NCBI GenBank assembly: GCA_964423515.1
Contig: CAYRFL010000001.1
Span: 1-64,000 of the forward strand
Reading direction: 5' to 3'
Origin: an uncultured archaeon
GTDB lineage: Archaea; Thermoplasmatota; Penumbrarchaeia; JASLWR01
DNA: 64,000 bases
The first letter of the stretch is position 1, and every line of letters starts with the position of its first letter. The translations under genes and the position numbers were made by a program. This document shows, in pieces, positions 1 through 8,954 of the stretch. The notes below the pieces were generated by a model. That model searched no databases and was not told the DNA's origin. It was given only the letters and a program-made list of their open reading frames with translations.

Positions 1-50
1 GTCCGCCGCCCGCGCGCCCGGCGCCGCACCGGCCATCCCCGGCCCGCGGC

Positions 51-76
51 GGGGGATGTGGATGTGGATGGTGAGG
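51..76. repeat. 26-bp direct repeat (copy 1 of 2), exact match to 3175..3200: gggggatgtggatgtggatggtgagg. Lies in the 5' leader of the first adhesin gene
   Basis: Direct read: 51-76 is identical to 3175-3200. Weaker similarity continues for about 15 bp (ttggggagag). Confidence 0.9.
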
Positions 77-118
77 GCGACGAGGAAAAATTGGGGAGAG
101 TACGCGCGGAGGGTGACG

Positions 119-3100
119 ATGAATAGGTTCGTCTGTCTCGCTACTGCCTTCCTGGTGGTACTGTGCTCCCTGCTAATGATGGGGGTGTCCACCTCGCATG
201 CGGGTGAAGCGCCGGGGGTGCGGGTGATGGGGAATACAATCGTGGTGAATGCATCTGGTGGAGGGGATTATACGCGGATACAGTGGGCGGTGGATAATGC
301 GAGCGAGGGGGATACGGTGTACGTGGAGGCGGGGATGTACTATGAAGATTTAGTCATTACCAAGAAACTTACCTTAATTGGGGCTGCCCGGATGAATACG
401 ACCATTGACGGTACTACAGATGATTTAATTAGACCGATTATCGATGTCCTTGCAGATTTTGTGAATCTCCGTGGATTTCATATAATCTCGGACACATGGG
501 GAGAGGGGATTAATGTATCTAGTTCAAATGAAACGTTCATATCGGATTGTTCATCAATAAATGGATCGTATGGAGTAATGATTGATTCATCGCATAAGGT
601 TACTGTTGCGAACAGTGCATTCAGTCAATGTAAAGATGGAATTAGAATTTGCGATTCATCCCATTGCACAATTGAAAATAACACCTGTGATTCGAATGGT
701 TATTACTTTGGTGGAATGGATGATCTTGCTGGTTGTGGGATATCTGTTTTTCGTTCAAATCACAATTGGATCTCGAACAACACTTGTTGTTTTAATATGT
801 GTGGTTTTCCGTTTGATGACCAGGCATGTGGCATTTCTGTCTCCGGTTCTAATAATATAATAATCGACAATAACTGTTCTAACAATGAAAACTATGGGAT
901 CTACATAGATAATAGTGTTAATTGCATTATAGTCAATAATACATGCAATAACAATTTAAATTCCGGGATTGACGGAAGTAGCAATGAAAACATAATAGAA
1001 GAAAATATGTGCAATGACAATACACATGGCGTCGTCTTGCACGGTTCCAACAATCTAATAATGAAAAATAAATGTAATAACAATTCATATTTAGGTATTG
1101 AGACAAACGGAAATGGAAATGTAATGAAAAATAGTACCTGTAATCAAAACAGCTGTGGCATTGTCCTACATGGTTCCAATAATCTGGTACAAAACAACAC
1201 ATTCAGTTTGAATACATATGGTATTTATCTTGACGATTTTCATTTAAACAATATTATCAATAATACACTTAACAACAACTCCCAAGATGCCATATATATG
1301 AAAGACTCATATTCAAACCAAATTTATTCGAACCAGTTTCATGAAAATACTCGATATGCGGTTAAATTGGACATAGGGACTTCCGATAATATTGTCCATC
1401 ATAACAACTTCTATGGAAATAATGGCGAACAGGAACAGGCCGAGGACAATGGATATGGTAATCGATGGAATACACCAAATGAGGGGAACTATTGGTCCGA
1501 TTGGACCTCTCCAGATTCAAACGGCGATGGGGTAGTCGATCAACCTTACAATATATCTGGACCGAGCAATGTCAGGGATATCCATCCACTGAGTCAGCCA
1601 TTTTTTGGATTTAGACCCATTGCCGACGCAGGACCTGACGTTACCATCGAGCAACATGACATCGTTCATCTTAACGGTTCTGGTTCCAATGGACATCCAT
1701 TCATCACGGATTATACGTGGTCATTTTCCTATAACTCCACTCTGATTCAGATTCATGGTCCAACGAATATATTTACATTCGCCTTAGCTGGAAGCTATGA
1801 AGTGTTATTGACCGTAACAGACTCGAAGGGATACGAGGATGCCGACCTGAAGATGGTCCATGTTCTCGATATCGAACTTCCCCGTGCTAAAGCAGGTCCG
1901 GATGTGATCATCGAGTTGGGACAGACATACTTTTTTAACGGCAGTTTGAGTATTGATAACACGGAAATTGCGAACTACACCTGGATTTTCTTGTATGATG
2001 AAACGGTAATTCACCTCTACGAGTGTTCTACCTCATTCACATTTCACACTCTTGGACAATATGAAGTTACTCTTAATATCACAGATACGAGGGGGAATTG
2101 GGCTACGGATACCATGAATATAACTGTACGGGATTCTTACGGACCGATTGCCAATGCCGGTGATGATGTCATCGTCAACCAGCATGAGCTGGTCCATTTC
2201 AACGGCAGCGCAAGTTACGATAACGTAGAGATCACGAATTATTCCTGGACGTTCACGATAAATGAGAAAGAAATTCAACTTTACGGAGTTGAACTTAGTT
2301 TTCAATTCGATAACGCGGGACATTTCCAGATTCAATTGAATGTTTCCGATGCCGTTGGAAACTGGGCCACCGATACGGTAAATGTAACCGTCCTCGATAT
2401 CACCCCGCCCTCAGCGGATGCCGGCGGGGACATCGCCATACACGCGGGGGGCACGGCCTTCTTCGACGGCAGCGCCAGCCGTGACAACGTTGCGGTTGTC
2501 AATTACACCTGGGAGTTTGTGTATAACCACACCGAATACAAGCTGTACGGAGTCGGGCAATCCTTTACTTTCGCCATTCCCGATACCTACAACGTCACCC
2601 TAATGGTCCGTGACTTTGAAGGGAATCAGGGTAGGGACAGCCTGACCGTTACAGTTGTCGGGAAATCAACTCCCGAACAGCCCGATAATGGTGAAATAGA
2701 CACCGACGAGGACGGCTATAACGATACTTTCGAGAACGCATCTGGATCGAATCCCTTCGATGGGAACTCAACTCCATTGGACCTCGACGGCGATGGCTGG
2801 AACAATACGATGGAGGCAGCGGCGGGCTCAGACCCATTCAACCCCCTCTCCACTCCCATAGACTTAGATGGCGACACCTTCATCAACACCTACGAACTCG
2901 CATCCGGCTCCGATCCCCTCAACTTTTCATCAGTACCGACCGACCGCGATGGGGACGGGCGTCCCAACGACGAGGACGCGTATCCCGACGATCCCGCGAG
3001 GTGGGAGTGGGAGCTGGAGGACGACGATCCGCCGGATGATGAGGATGAGACCGGGGGTGGGATAGGTGCGAGGTACGTTTGGGCGGGGGTAAGCCTTGCT

Positions 3101-3256
3101 GGGGTGTTGATTGCGGGGATAATTATCTTCCTGCACTTCTGGAATGGTAGAAAAGAAGATATCAGGGATGTGGAGGGGGATGTGGATGTGGATGGTGAGG
3201 ACAAGTTGGGGAGAGTTGAGGTTGATGGTGAAGAGGAAGAGGGAGGTGGGGGGTGA
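119..3256 (+). CDS. Large cell-surface protein: signal peptide, right-handed parallel beta-helix (PbH1/NosD-like) repeats, 4 PKD-like domains, thrombospondin-type-3-like DxDxDG Ca-binding repeats, single TM, acidic cytoplasmic tail
   Basis: The ORF track gives 56..3256. A signal peptide (MNRFVCLATAFLVVLCSLLMMGVSTSHA) begins at the Met at 119, so the upstream MWMWMV extension is probably untranslated. Repeated N-x-[ST]/C-rich beta-helix rungs (NNTCNNN, NNIIxNN). Four PKD-like repeats, e.g. 'DAGPDVTIEQHDIVHLNGSGS', 'KAGPDVIIELGQTYFFNGSLS', 'NAGDDVIVNQHELVHFNGSASYD' and 'DAGGDIAIHAGGTAFFDGSASRD'. TSP3-like repeats 'DLDGDGWNNT', 'DLDGDTFINT' and 'DRDGDGRPND'. TM YVWAGVSLAGVLIAGIIIFLHFW. Confidence 0.75.
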   Translation: MNRFVCLATAFLVVLCSLLMMGVSTSHAGEAPGVRVMGNTIVVNASGGGDYTRIQWAVDNASEGDTVYVEAGMYYEDLVITKKLTLIGAARMNTTIDGTTDDLIRPIIDVLADFVNLRGFHIISDTWGEGINVSSSNETFISDCSSINGSYGVMIDSSHKVTVANSAFSQCKDGIRICDSSHCTIENNTCDSNGYYFGGMDDLAGCGISVFRSNHNWISNNTCCFNMCGFPFDDQACGISVSGSNNIIIDNNCSNNENYGIYIDNSVNCIIVNNTCNNNLNSGIDGSSNENIIEENMCNDNTHGVVLHGSNNLIMKNKCNNNSYLGIETNGNGNVMKNSTCNQNSCGIVLHGSNNLVQNNTFSLNTYGIYLDDFHLNNIINNTLNNNSQDAIYMKDSYSNQIYSNQFHENTRYAVKLDIGTSDNIVHHNNFYGNNGEQEQAEDNGYGNRWNTPNEGNYWSDWTSPDSNGDGVVDQPYNISGPSNVRDIHPLSQPFFGFRPIADAGPDVTIEQHDIVHLNGSGSNGHPFITDYTWSFSYNSTLIQIHGPTNIFTFALAGSYEVLLTVTDSKGYEDADLKMVHVLDIELPRAKAGPDVIIELGQTYFFNGSLSIDNTEIANYTWIFLYDETVIHLYECSTSFTFHTLGQYEVTLNITDTRGNWATDTMNITVRDSYGPIANAGDDVIVNQHELVHFNGSASYDNVEITNYSWTFTINEKEIQLYGVELSFQFDNAGHFQIQLNVSDAVGNWATDTVNVTVLDITPPSADAGGDIAIHAGGTAFFDGSASRDNVAVVNYTWEFVYNHTEYKLYGVGQSFTFAIPDTYNVTLMVRDFEGNQGRDSLTVTVVGKSTPEQPDNGEIDTDEDGYNDTFENASGSNPFDGNSTPLDLDGDGWNNTMEAAAGSDPFNPLSTPIDLDGDTFINTYELASGSDPLNFSSVPTDRDGDGRPNDEDAYPDDPARWEWELEDDDPPDDEDETGGGIGARYVWAGVSLAGVLIAGIIIFLHFWNGRKEDIRDVEGDVDVDGEDKLGRVEVDGEEEEGGGG
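3175..3200. repeat. 26-bp direct repeat (copy 2 of 2) embedded in the 3' coding end of the adhesin gene
   Basis: Identical to 51-76. Here it is translated as GDVDVDGEDKLGRVEV. Confidence 0.9.
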
Positions 3257-3289
3257 ATCTCGGTTCTCAACAATTATAAATAACTGTAC

Positions 3290-3667
3290 ATGGATATGGA
3301 AACTGCCATCTATACGGCATCATCAAGCATATGGACCACGGGAGGTGAGCAATTGGACCGAAAGGAAGTAGCAGAAGAATTCGCGCGCTCCATCAGAGAG
3401 AACCACGGGGCGAGCATCGAAGAGGTCATTCTGTTCGGGTCAGTTGCGAGGGGCGAGGATGGAGTCGATTCCGATATCGATATCGTCGTGGTCGGTAATG
3501 GGGATCGGTTCCGGTTGAGAAGGATGATCATGATCGACGTTATGAGATTCTTGCTGGAGTACGGTGTCTATATTTCCACGAAGGTGCTCACGAGGGAGTT
3601 GAAGGAGGATATCGGGGACAGCGGTTTCATGCAAACGATTCGAAGGGAAGGAATACCCATTGGATGA
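3290..3667 (+). CDS. Minimal nucleotidyltransferase (MNT-type, Pol-beta superfamily), the NTase partner of an NTase/HEPN pair
   Basis: hG[GS] and [DE]h[DE]h motifs: 'LFGSVARGEDGVDSDIDIVVV'. About 125 aa, the size typical of MNT antitoxin/NTase. Confidence 0.8.
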   Translation: MDMETAIYTASSSIWTTGGEQLDRKEVAEEFARSIRENHGASIEEVILFGSVARGEDGVDSDIDIVVVGNGDRFRLRRMIMIDVMRFLLEYGVYISTKVLTRELKEDIGDSGFMQTIRREGIPIG

Positions 3668-3701
3668 ATCGAGTGAACTACTGGCAAGGAGCCACTAGAA
3701 A

Positions 3702-4082
3702 TTGAGCTCGGCAAGACTTCTCTTTCAAAACCAGTTTTACGGAGATTGCGTTAGTCGGGCTTATTATGCCATGTTCTATGCCGCCAGGTCACTGTTGGCG
3801 CTCAAGAAGATATACCCCAAGACCCACGGAGGGGTCATAAGGGCTCTGGGACTCGAGTTCGTGACAAAGGGCTATCTCGATGAGATCTCGGGAAGGGCCA
3901 TTGCCAATGCGAAAGAGAATCGGGAGGAAGCCGATTACGGGATCCTCCTGAGCATGAGCAGGGAAGAAACCGAAAGGACCCTTGACGATGCGGAGGATTT
4001 CATCGAGAAGGTGGAACGGGCAAGTCATTTGACAAAAAACGAGATCGCCGGCGATCAGGATGTCCATCATGCAGGGGATTAA
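3702..4082 (+). CDS. HEPN domain protein, partner of the upstream NTase (HEPN/MNT module)
   Basis: 'YYAMFYAARSLLALK...KTHGGV...REEADYG' matches the HEPN (PF05168-type) R-x4-6-H/ADY signature. TTG start. Lies 35 bp after the NTase gene. Confidence 0.7.
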   Translation: MSSARLLFQNQFYGDCVSRAYYAMFYAARSLLALKKIYPKTHGGVIRALGLEFVTKGYLDEISGRAIANAKENREEADYGILLSMSREETERTLDDAEDFIEKVERASHLTKNEIAGDQDVHHAGD

Positions 4083-4156
4083 GACCGGAGTTTTTTCGAA
4101 CATCGTCATAAACATTTGAAATACTCACGATTCCCTGCTTGTTCCAGTAGGGGCAT

Positions 4157-4420
4157 TTGTTCATGAGATTTCGTATCACCAGAACGGTTGTATGCATCAT
4201 CCTCGTGCAGATGATGTTGATTGGATTCCTGCCGGTGATGGAAAGTACGACCTCTGCTGATGGCGTTTTCGTCCCATCAAGAAGACCCATCGTGGTGAAC
4301 GCGTCCGGTGGAGGGGATTACACACACATCCGATGGGCCATCGACGATGCGAGCGAGTGAGATACGGTTTGCGTGGAGGCGGGAACGTATAGAGAGAACG
4401 TGGTTATTGATAAAACGACA
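4157..4420 (+). pseudogene. Truncated 5' fragment of a paralogue of the 119..3256 beta-helix adhesin (signal peptide plus first beta-helix rung), interrupted by an in-frame TGA at 4358-4360
   Basis: Fragment reads 'VVNASGGGDYTHIRWAIDDASE*DTVCVEAGTYRENVVID'; gene 1 reads 'VVNASGGGDYTRIQWAVDNASEGDTVYVEAGMYYEDLVIT'. Homology continues after the stop, then is lost before the convergent gene at 4514. Confidence 0.6.
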
Positions 4421-4513
4421 GACCTGATCCCGCAAAAAGACACGGAGCGGCAAACCGAAAAAAGAAAAGAGAAAAAGTCGGAAGAACGGCTCCTGTGCAG
4501 TAACCCGCCCGGC

Positions 4514-7500
4514 TCAGTCTCCCCGGCTCATCTTGTTTAGATCGCTCTCGATGACGTCGATTATCTTCTGGGCGCGGAAATCCAGATTCTCGGTCCCGAC
4601 CTCGCTTCGAAGCTCCATTGCCACGTCGATGGCCCGTTCTATATATTCCTGGGCCTTCTTGTAGAACTTCATCTCAAGGGCAGGTTTCAGAAGGGTGATC
4701 TCCTCCGTGATCTCGTCATCCCCGATACCCAGATCCGCCAGCTCGGCCAGCAGCTCGTCCAGTTCCTCGAGCCCGTTCATTATCTTGTCCGATAGGTCTA
4801 TTTTGCCCTCGCTCACGACGTCCATGCGGGCACTCTTCATGATCTCGATGGACCTCTTGAGGTCTCCATCCTCGTATCGTGGTTTCGTGGAGATGAGAAG
4901 ATTCCCCACGCTCTCCTCGCTCTCCCCCGCCTGCGGCTTCCGCTTCCTCGTCTCCATGATCTTCTTCCACGTCTGTAATATCTCATCGTCCGACGGGGAC
5001 TCGATTATAAGGCCCCTCATCTTCTGAAGCTCCTTTATTATCACCGCCAGATTCCCCTTCTCGAGAAGCTGGTTGATCCTCTGGAGGTCCTCCATCATAT
5101 CCTCCACCGGAGCCTCCATCTCGGAGGACCTTTCCTCTATGAGCTTCTTCGTGTTGAACAGCAGGTCCCGGGCCATCATCTCCACCAGGGGATTGCTCTT
5201 CTCGAAGAGTGTAAGGCTCTCCGGGAGCTCCTCCAGGGTGAAATCCGCCATCTCCAGATCGCCCTGGTCCTTGAGGTCCGCCACTATCTCCGATATGAGG
5301 TTGCGTATTCCCATGAAATCCAGTCCCACGTCCTCCTGGGGAGCGTATCGGAGCGGAGCGTAGTCATAGGCTCGAGTGGGCTCCACGTACCTGCCCACCG
5401 CCTTCCCATCGTCCCTCAGCTTCTGCCTGCACGATTCCCTCAGCTTCTTGGCCTGTTCGTAATCCTCGTTGAGGGCCAGGGCACGGTTGCAGTACTGTAT
5501 GGCCTCAACGCTACGGTCCAGGTTCTTGAGTATCACCGCTTTGTTGTAGAGCAGTTTCTCATCCCTGGGCTGTATCTTCAGCGATTTGTTGAAATATTTC
5601 AATGCTCCCTTGTAGTCGCCCTTCTTGAAGAGCTCCACGGCCTTCTTCTTCAGATCCCGCAGCTTCAGAGCCTTGTCCTTCTTGAACAGCAGCACCTCTT
5701 CCTCCATCCTCGATATCACACGCTCCACCAGGGAGGCCGCCTTCCTTATGTCCCCATCCCCCAGGGCGTTGTAAACCTTCTGTATGAGCCTCCAGATACC
5801 CGGTGAAGAAATGCCTTCCATCTCCAGCTTCGAAAGTTTCTTTTCCAGCTCGTTCACCTTGGTCCTCAATTCGGATCCCTTCTTCAGGTCCAGGGCGATC
5901 TGAAGACATTCCTGCACGTAACCCATGGCGGTCACGTATGATTTGGCCTTCAGGTCGCTGTCTATGATGGGTTTGTAGGATACAATTTTTTTCTTAACTG
6001 CGCTGACGTCGATCCCTTTCTCCTCCAGCTCCTCAATTAGCTCCACCGCACTCTCCAGTTCCTCTATGATCCTCTCGTACTGGTCCACCGCATCCAGTTC
6101 CTCTATGGCCTTGTTGATGATCTTGGTGGCCATCTTGAAATCCTGCTCGTCGAATGAAAGCTTGGCCCGGATGATGAGCTTCTTCTCCTCGTCGATATTC
6201 ACGTCCTTCTCCTCGAGCCAACGCAGTTTCCCCTCTGCATTGCGGAGCCTTTCGAGGAACTTCTTCTCGAAGATGGCCAACCTCATCTTTCGCAGCCTCT
6301 CCATGGCGCTCTCCGGCTCCCCCCGGTCCAGCACCCATTCTATCTCCTCCAGCGCCTCCAGCTGCTCGTCCTTGGGGCCTGTGAGCTCCTCGCCCGTGGT
6401 CTCGATTATTCGTCTCGTGGAAATGACCAGGTACCTTCCCTTGGCCTCGAGAAGTATCTTGTAGGCCAGTTCCGATTTCGAGGTGGCCCTCTGATAATTT
6501 CCCTGGCGAAAGCTTATCACACCATCCCGAAGGAGGGGATTGACGTCGATCACATCCATTCCGAGCTCCTTGCATTCCTCGGCGATCCTGCCCGCGCTCT
6601 CGATCATCTCCATGGCCTTCATCATCTCGTCGGCGTCCTCGCGGTCGTCGCAAAATCCCTGTATTTCGTCGCTGAGTTCGGAGACCAGCTCGTAATCCCC
6701 GGCCTTGAGGGCATCGTCCATCACCCCCAGGAGATACATCATGGGCTGGACATCCTTGGTACTTCTCTTTGTCTCCTCGATCCTTAGTGTGGCTCTCTCG
6801 AACTTCAACCGGGCTCTCTCGTGAAATTCCTTCAATTCGCTTATGGTGGATTCAAGGTCCTCGATAAGATGTTTCGCCTCGTATATATCGTACCTTGATA
6901 GAGCCTCCTCCACCTCGGCCAGGCCCTCGTTGATGGCGGGAGTTATCTTGATCCCCAGGGTAAGTATCTCATCCATCTTCTCTCCGAACTTGTCCAACCT
7001 GGCCTGTATCTCGGAGAGGGAATCCTCGTGTGCCCTCGTGGCGACATCCCCGATCTCCTGGATCTTCAACCAGATCCCCTTCAGGCTGTCAAAGTGGGTC
7101 TGGATCACGTCCTGGGCCAGCTTTGCCCTGTCCAGGGCGAGCTCGTACTCCTCCCCTTCCTCGGCCTCCTTTGCATCGTCGAGAAGGGCTCGCGCACGGG
7201 TCACTTCCCATCCCATGGGAGCTGCGTTCTTCATGAGCTGCCAGGCTTCCTTGATGGCATTGTCCGCTTCCTCGTAGAGGCTCTTCTTCCTGTTCAGCAG
7301 GTCCCTGCATGCGGCTGCCTTCGATTTTGCCTCGATATACTCTGCATTCTTGAACAGGTCTATGACCCTGCTGAACTTGTCCTCCACCTCCTCCAGGGGA
7401 ACCTTCCCCGTCTTGAGCACGCTGATCCTGTCCTGTAACTGGATGACCTCGTCCCTCACGTCCTCGAACAGCACTTCGGTCTCCTCGAGATACGTCAGGC

Positions 7501-8884
7501 ATTCCCTGCCCAGTTTGGTGGCATCGAGATAGCGTCCATTCTCGATATCAGCAGTTATATTTGCCATGTAAGAGTTGATGGGATTTGGCGGGAGCACCAT
7601 CCCCTTGCGCCTGATGCGGGATATCAATCCCTTGATCTCCCTGATGACGTTCTCGGCCTTGGTCTTGTACTTGTCCTCAGGTATATTTCCCAGGAATTCC
7701 TGATCGTCCCGTACCTCCTCCCCTTCAGTCGTTTCGACCTCGGTCTTAACCATTTCCGAGATCGCGGCCTCTTCCTCGTACACGACGGAGGTATCTTCCG
7801 ATACAATTTCTTCGCTTACCGAACCGTAAGAACCCGCCTCGGGGGGGATGGGTTCCTCCCGGATCACATCGGCCTGGATCGACTGCTGCTGCATCTGGTC
7901 GAAATCTTCCGGGCTAATGGGTCGCTCGCTCTCCTTTTCCTCGAACTTGAGATCATCCCGGGAATACTGGAAATTATCGAAAGCTGCCTCCATCTGGGTG
8001 GTCCTCATCTGGTTATAGCGCCATTCCCGCTTCTTTCTCTCTTCCTCGTTATAGTCGACCTGAGCACTGCCGTTTGGATCGGATTCGGTGAACTGATCGA
8101 AATAATCTTGGGCGGTTTCAGGCTGCACGGTCGGAAAGGGAGAACCGGCCATGGCCTGAGGCTGCATTTCCAGAGGGTATTGGGATGCATCGTGGGATGG
8201 AGCGGGCAGCATCGGAAGGGCATCGGGCGTCCCGAGATCCCTCCCGGCATCCCCCTCGTCGACAGCGAATTCAGAAGGTGGAGGCGGTTGGACCGGGATC
8301 ATCTCCGGCGTGATCTGCGGAGGTTCCACACAGAGTGGATAATCCTCATCCAAACCGTTTCCGTTGTCCGGGACCGGGGATTGTTGAAGCCCCTCGGTGA
8401 AACCCATCCTCTTGTGAATATTGACCACGTCGCACGAGATAACGTCGAAACCGAGCATCTGAGATAAACCCTGTACGGTCATCTGGGTATCCCGCACGAT
8501 ACTGGACTGAAAGGAGCGGACGTTGGGCTCCATGGGATATTTCAATGACACCTGCTTGGTTGTGGTCCGTATCAGTTTTTCCAGTGTGCTCTTGAGCGCC
8601 TGGATATCGCCACCCACGGATTTTACAGCCAGTTCCGGATCCCGCAACCTGACCACCGTCTCCATCTCCAGCATCAGGGATGTACCGGTGTTATCGGTCA
8701 CAGTGAGACCGGGTATGTTCAACACCATGGGCGCGGTGGAGATCTTGTAAACGTTCTTCCACGGGGTCAGCCAATATTTCGGATTCTTCTGAGAAGTATG
8801 TACGAACTGCCCTTTACCAGTATTAACGATGTGCACCTCATCCGGGGGCACTACCACTACCTTGAACTTTTTGGCCATAATCAT
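4514..8884 (-). CDS. Giant (1456 aa) SPFH/band-7 domain protein fused to a Pro/acidic linker and about 1100 aa of alpha-helical coiled-coil/TPR-like repeats (flotillin-like architecture). No TM segment
   Basis: N-terminal 'VVVVPPDEVHIVNTGKG...TVTDNTGTSLMLEMETVVRLRDPELAV...VISCDVVNI' fits the SPFH fold consensus. A clear TPR ('LFKKGDYKGALKYFNKSLKIQPRDEKLLYNKAVILKNLDRSVEAIQYCNRALALNEDYEQAKKL') and long heptad-rich helical modules follow. Confidence 0.65.
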   Translation of the reverse strand: MIMAKKFKVVVVPPDEVHIVNTGKGQFVHTSQKNPKYWLTPWKNVYKISTAPMVLNIPGLTVTDNTGTSLMLEMETVVRLRDPELAVKSVGGDIQALKSTLEKLIRTTTKQVSLKYPMEPNVRSFQSSIVRDTQMTVQGLSQMLGFDVISCDVVNIHKRMGFTEGLQQSPVPDNGNGLDEDYPLCVEPPQITPEMIPVQPPPPSEFAVDEGDAGRDLGTPDALPMLPAPSHDASQYPLEMQPQAMAGSPFPTVQPETAQDYFDQFTESDPNGSAQVDYNEEERKKREWRYNQMRTTQMEAAFDNFQYSRDDLKFEEKESERPISPEDFDQMQQQSIQADVIREEPIPPEAGSYGSVSEEIVSEDTSVVYEEEAAISEMVKTEVETTEGEEVRDDQEFLGNIPEDKYKTKAENVIREIKGLISRIRRKGMVLPPNPINSYMANITADIENGRYLDATKLGRECLTYLEETEVLFEDVRDEVIQLQDRISVLKTGKVPLEEVEDKFSRVIDLFKNAEYIEAKSKAAACRDLLNRKKSLYEEADNAIKEAWQLMKNAAPMGWEVTRARALLDDAKEAEEGEEYELALDRAKLAQDVIQTHFDSLKGIWLKIQEIGDVATRAHEDSLSEIQARLDKFGEKMDEILTLGIKITPAINEGLAEVEEALSRYDIYEAKHLIEDLESTISELKEFHERARLKFERATLRIEETKRSTKDVQPMMYLLGVMDDALKAGDYELVSELSDEIQGFCDDREDADEMMKAMEMIESAGRIAEECKELGMDVIDVNPLLRDGVISFRQGNYQRATSKSELAYKILLEAKGRYLVISTRRIIETTGEELTGPKDEQLEALEEIEWVLDRGEPESAMERLRKMRLAIFEKKFLERLRNAEGKLRWLEEKDVNIDEEKKLIIRAKLSFDEQDFKMATKIINKAIEELDAVDQYERIIEELESAVELIEELEEKGIDVSAVKKKIVSYKPIIDSDLKAKSYVTAMGYVQECLQIALDLKKGSELRTKVNELEKKLSKLEMEGISSPGIWRLIQKVYNALGDGDIRKAASLVERVISRMEEEVLLFKKDKALKLRDLKKKAVELFKKGDYKGALKYFNKSLKIQPRDEKLLYNKAVILKNLDRSVEAIQYCNRALALNEDYEQAKKLRESCRQKLRDDGKAVGRYVEPTRAYDYAPLRYAPQEDVGLDFMGIRNLISEIVADLKDQGDLEMADFTLEELPESLTLFEKSNPLVEMMARDLLFNTKKLIEERSSEMEAPVEDMMEDLQRINQLLEKGNLAVIIKELQKMRGLIIESPSDDEILQTWKKIMETRKRKPQAGESEESVGNLLISTKPRYEDGDLKRSIEIMKSARMDVVSEGKIDLSDKIMNGLEELDELLAELADLGIGDDEITEEITLLKPALEMKFYKKAQEYIERAIDVAMELRSEVGTENLDFRAQKIIDVIESDLNKMSRGD

Positions 8885-8954
8885 CCCTCTGGCTCTGCCA
8901 TGTTATCGAAAGGAATCCTCCCTCCAGTGGATATCCTTTACTTAAAAACTGCTA

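Noticed and set aside
56-118. N-terminal MWMWMVRATRKNWGEYARRVT extension of the first ORF
   Set aside because: A canonical signal peptide begins at the Met at 119. The upstream stretch is the 26-bp repeat copy, so it is almost certainly leader DNA and not translated.
6033-7502. Several 130-200-aa ORFs on both strands within the SPFH/coiled-coil giant gene
   Set aside because: They are Arg/Gly/Ser-rich shadow ORFs. The 4.4-kb sense ORF is uninterrupted and has coherent domains.
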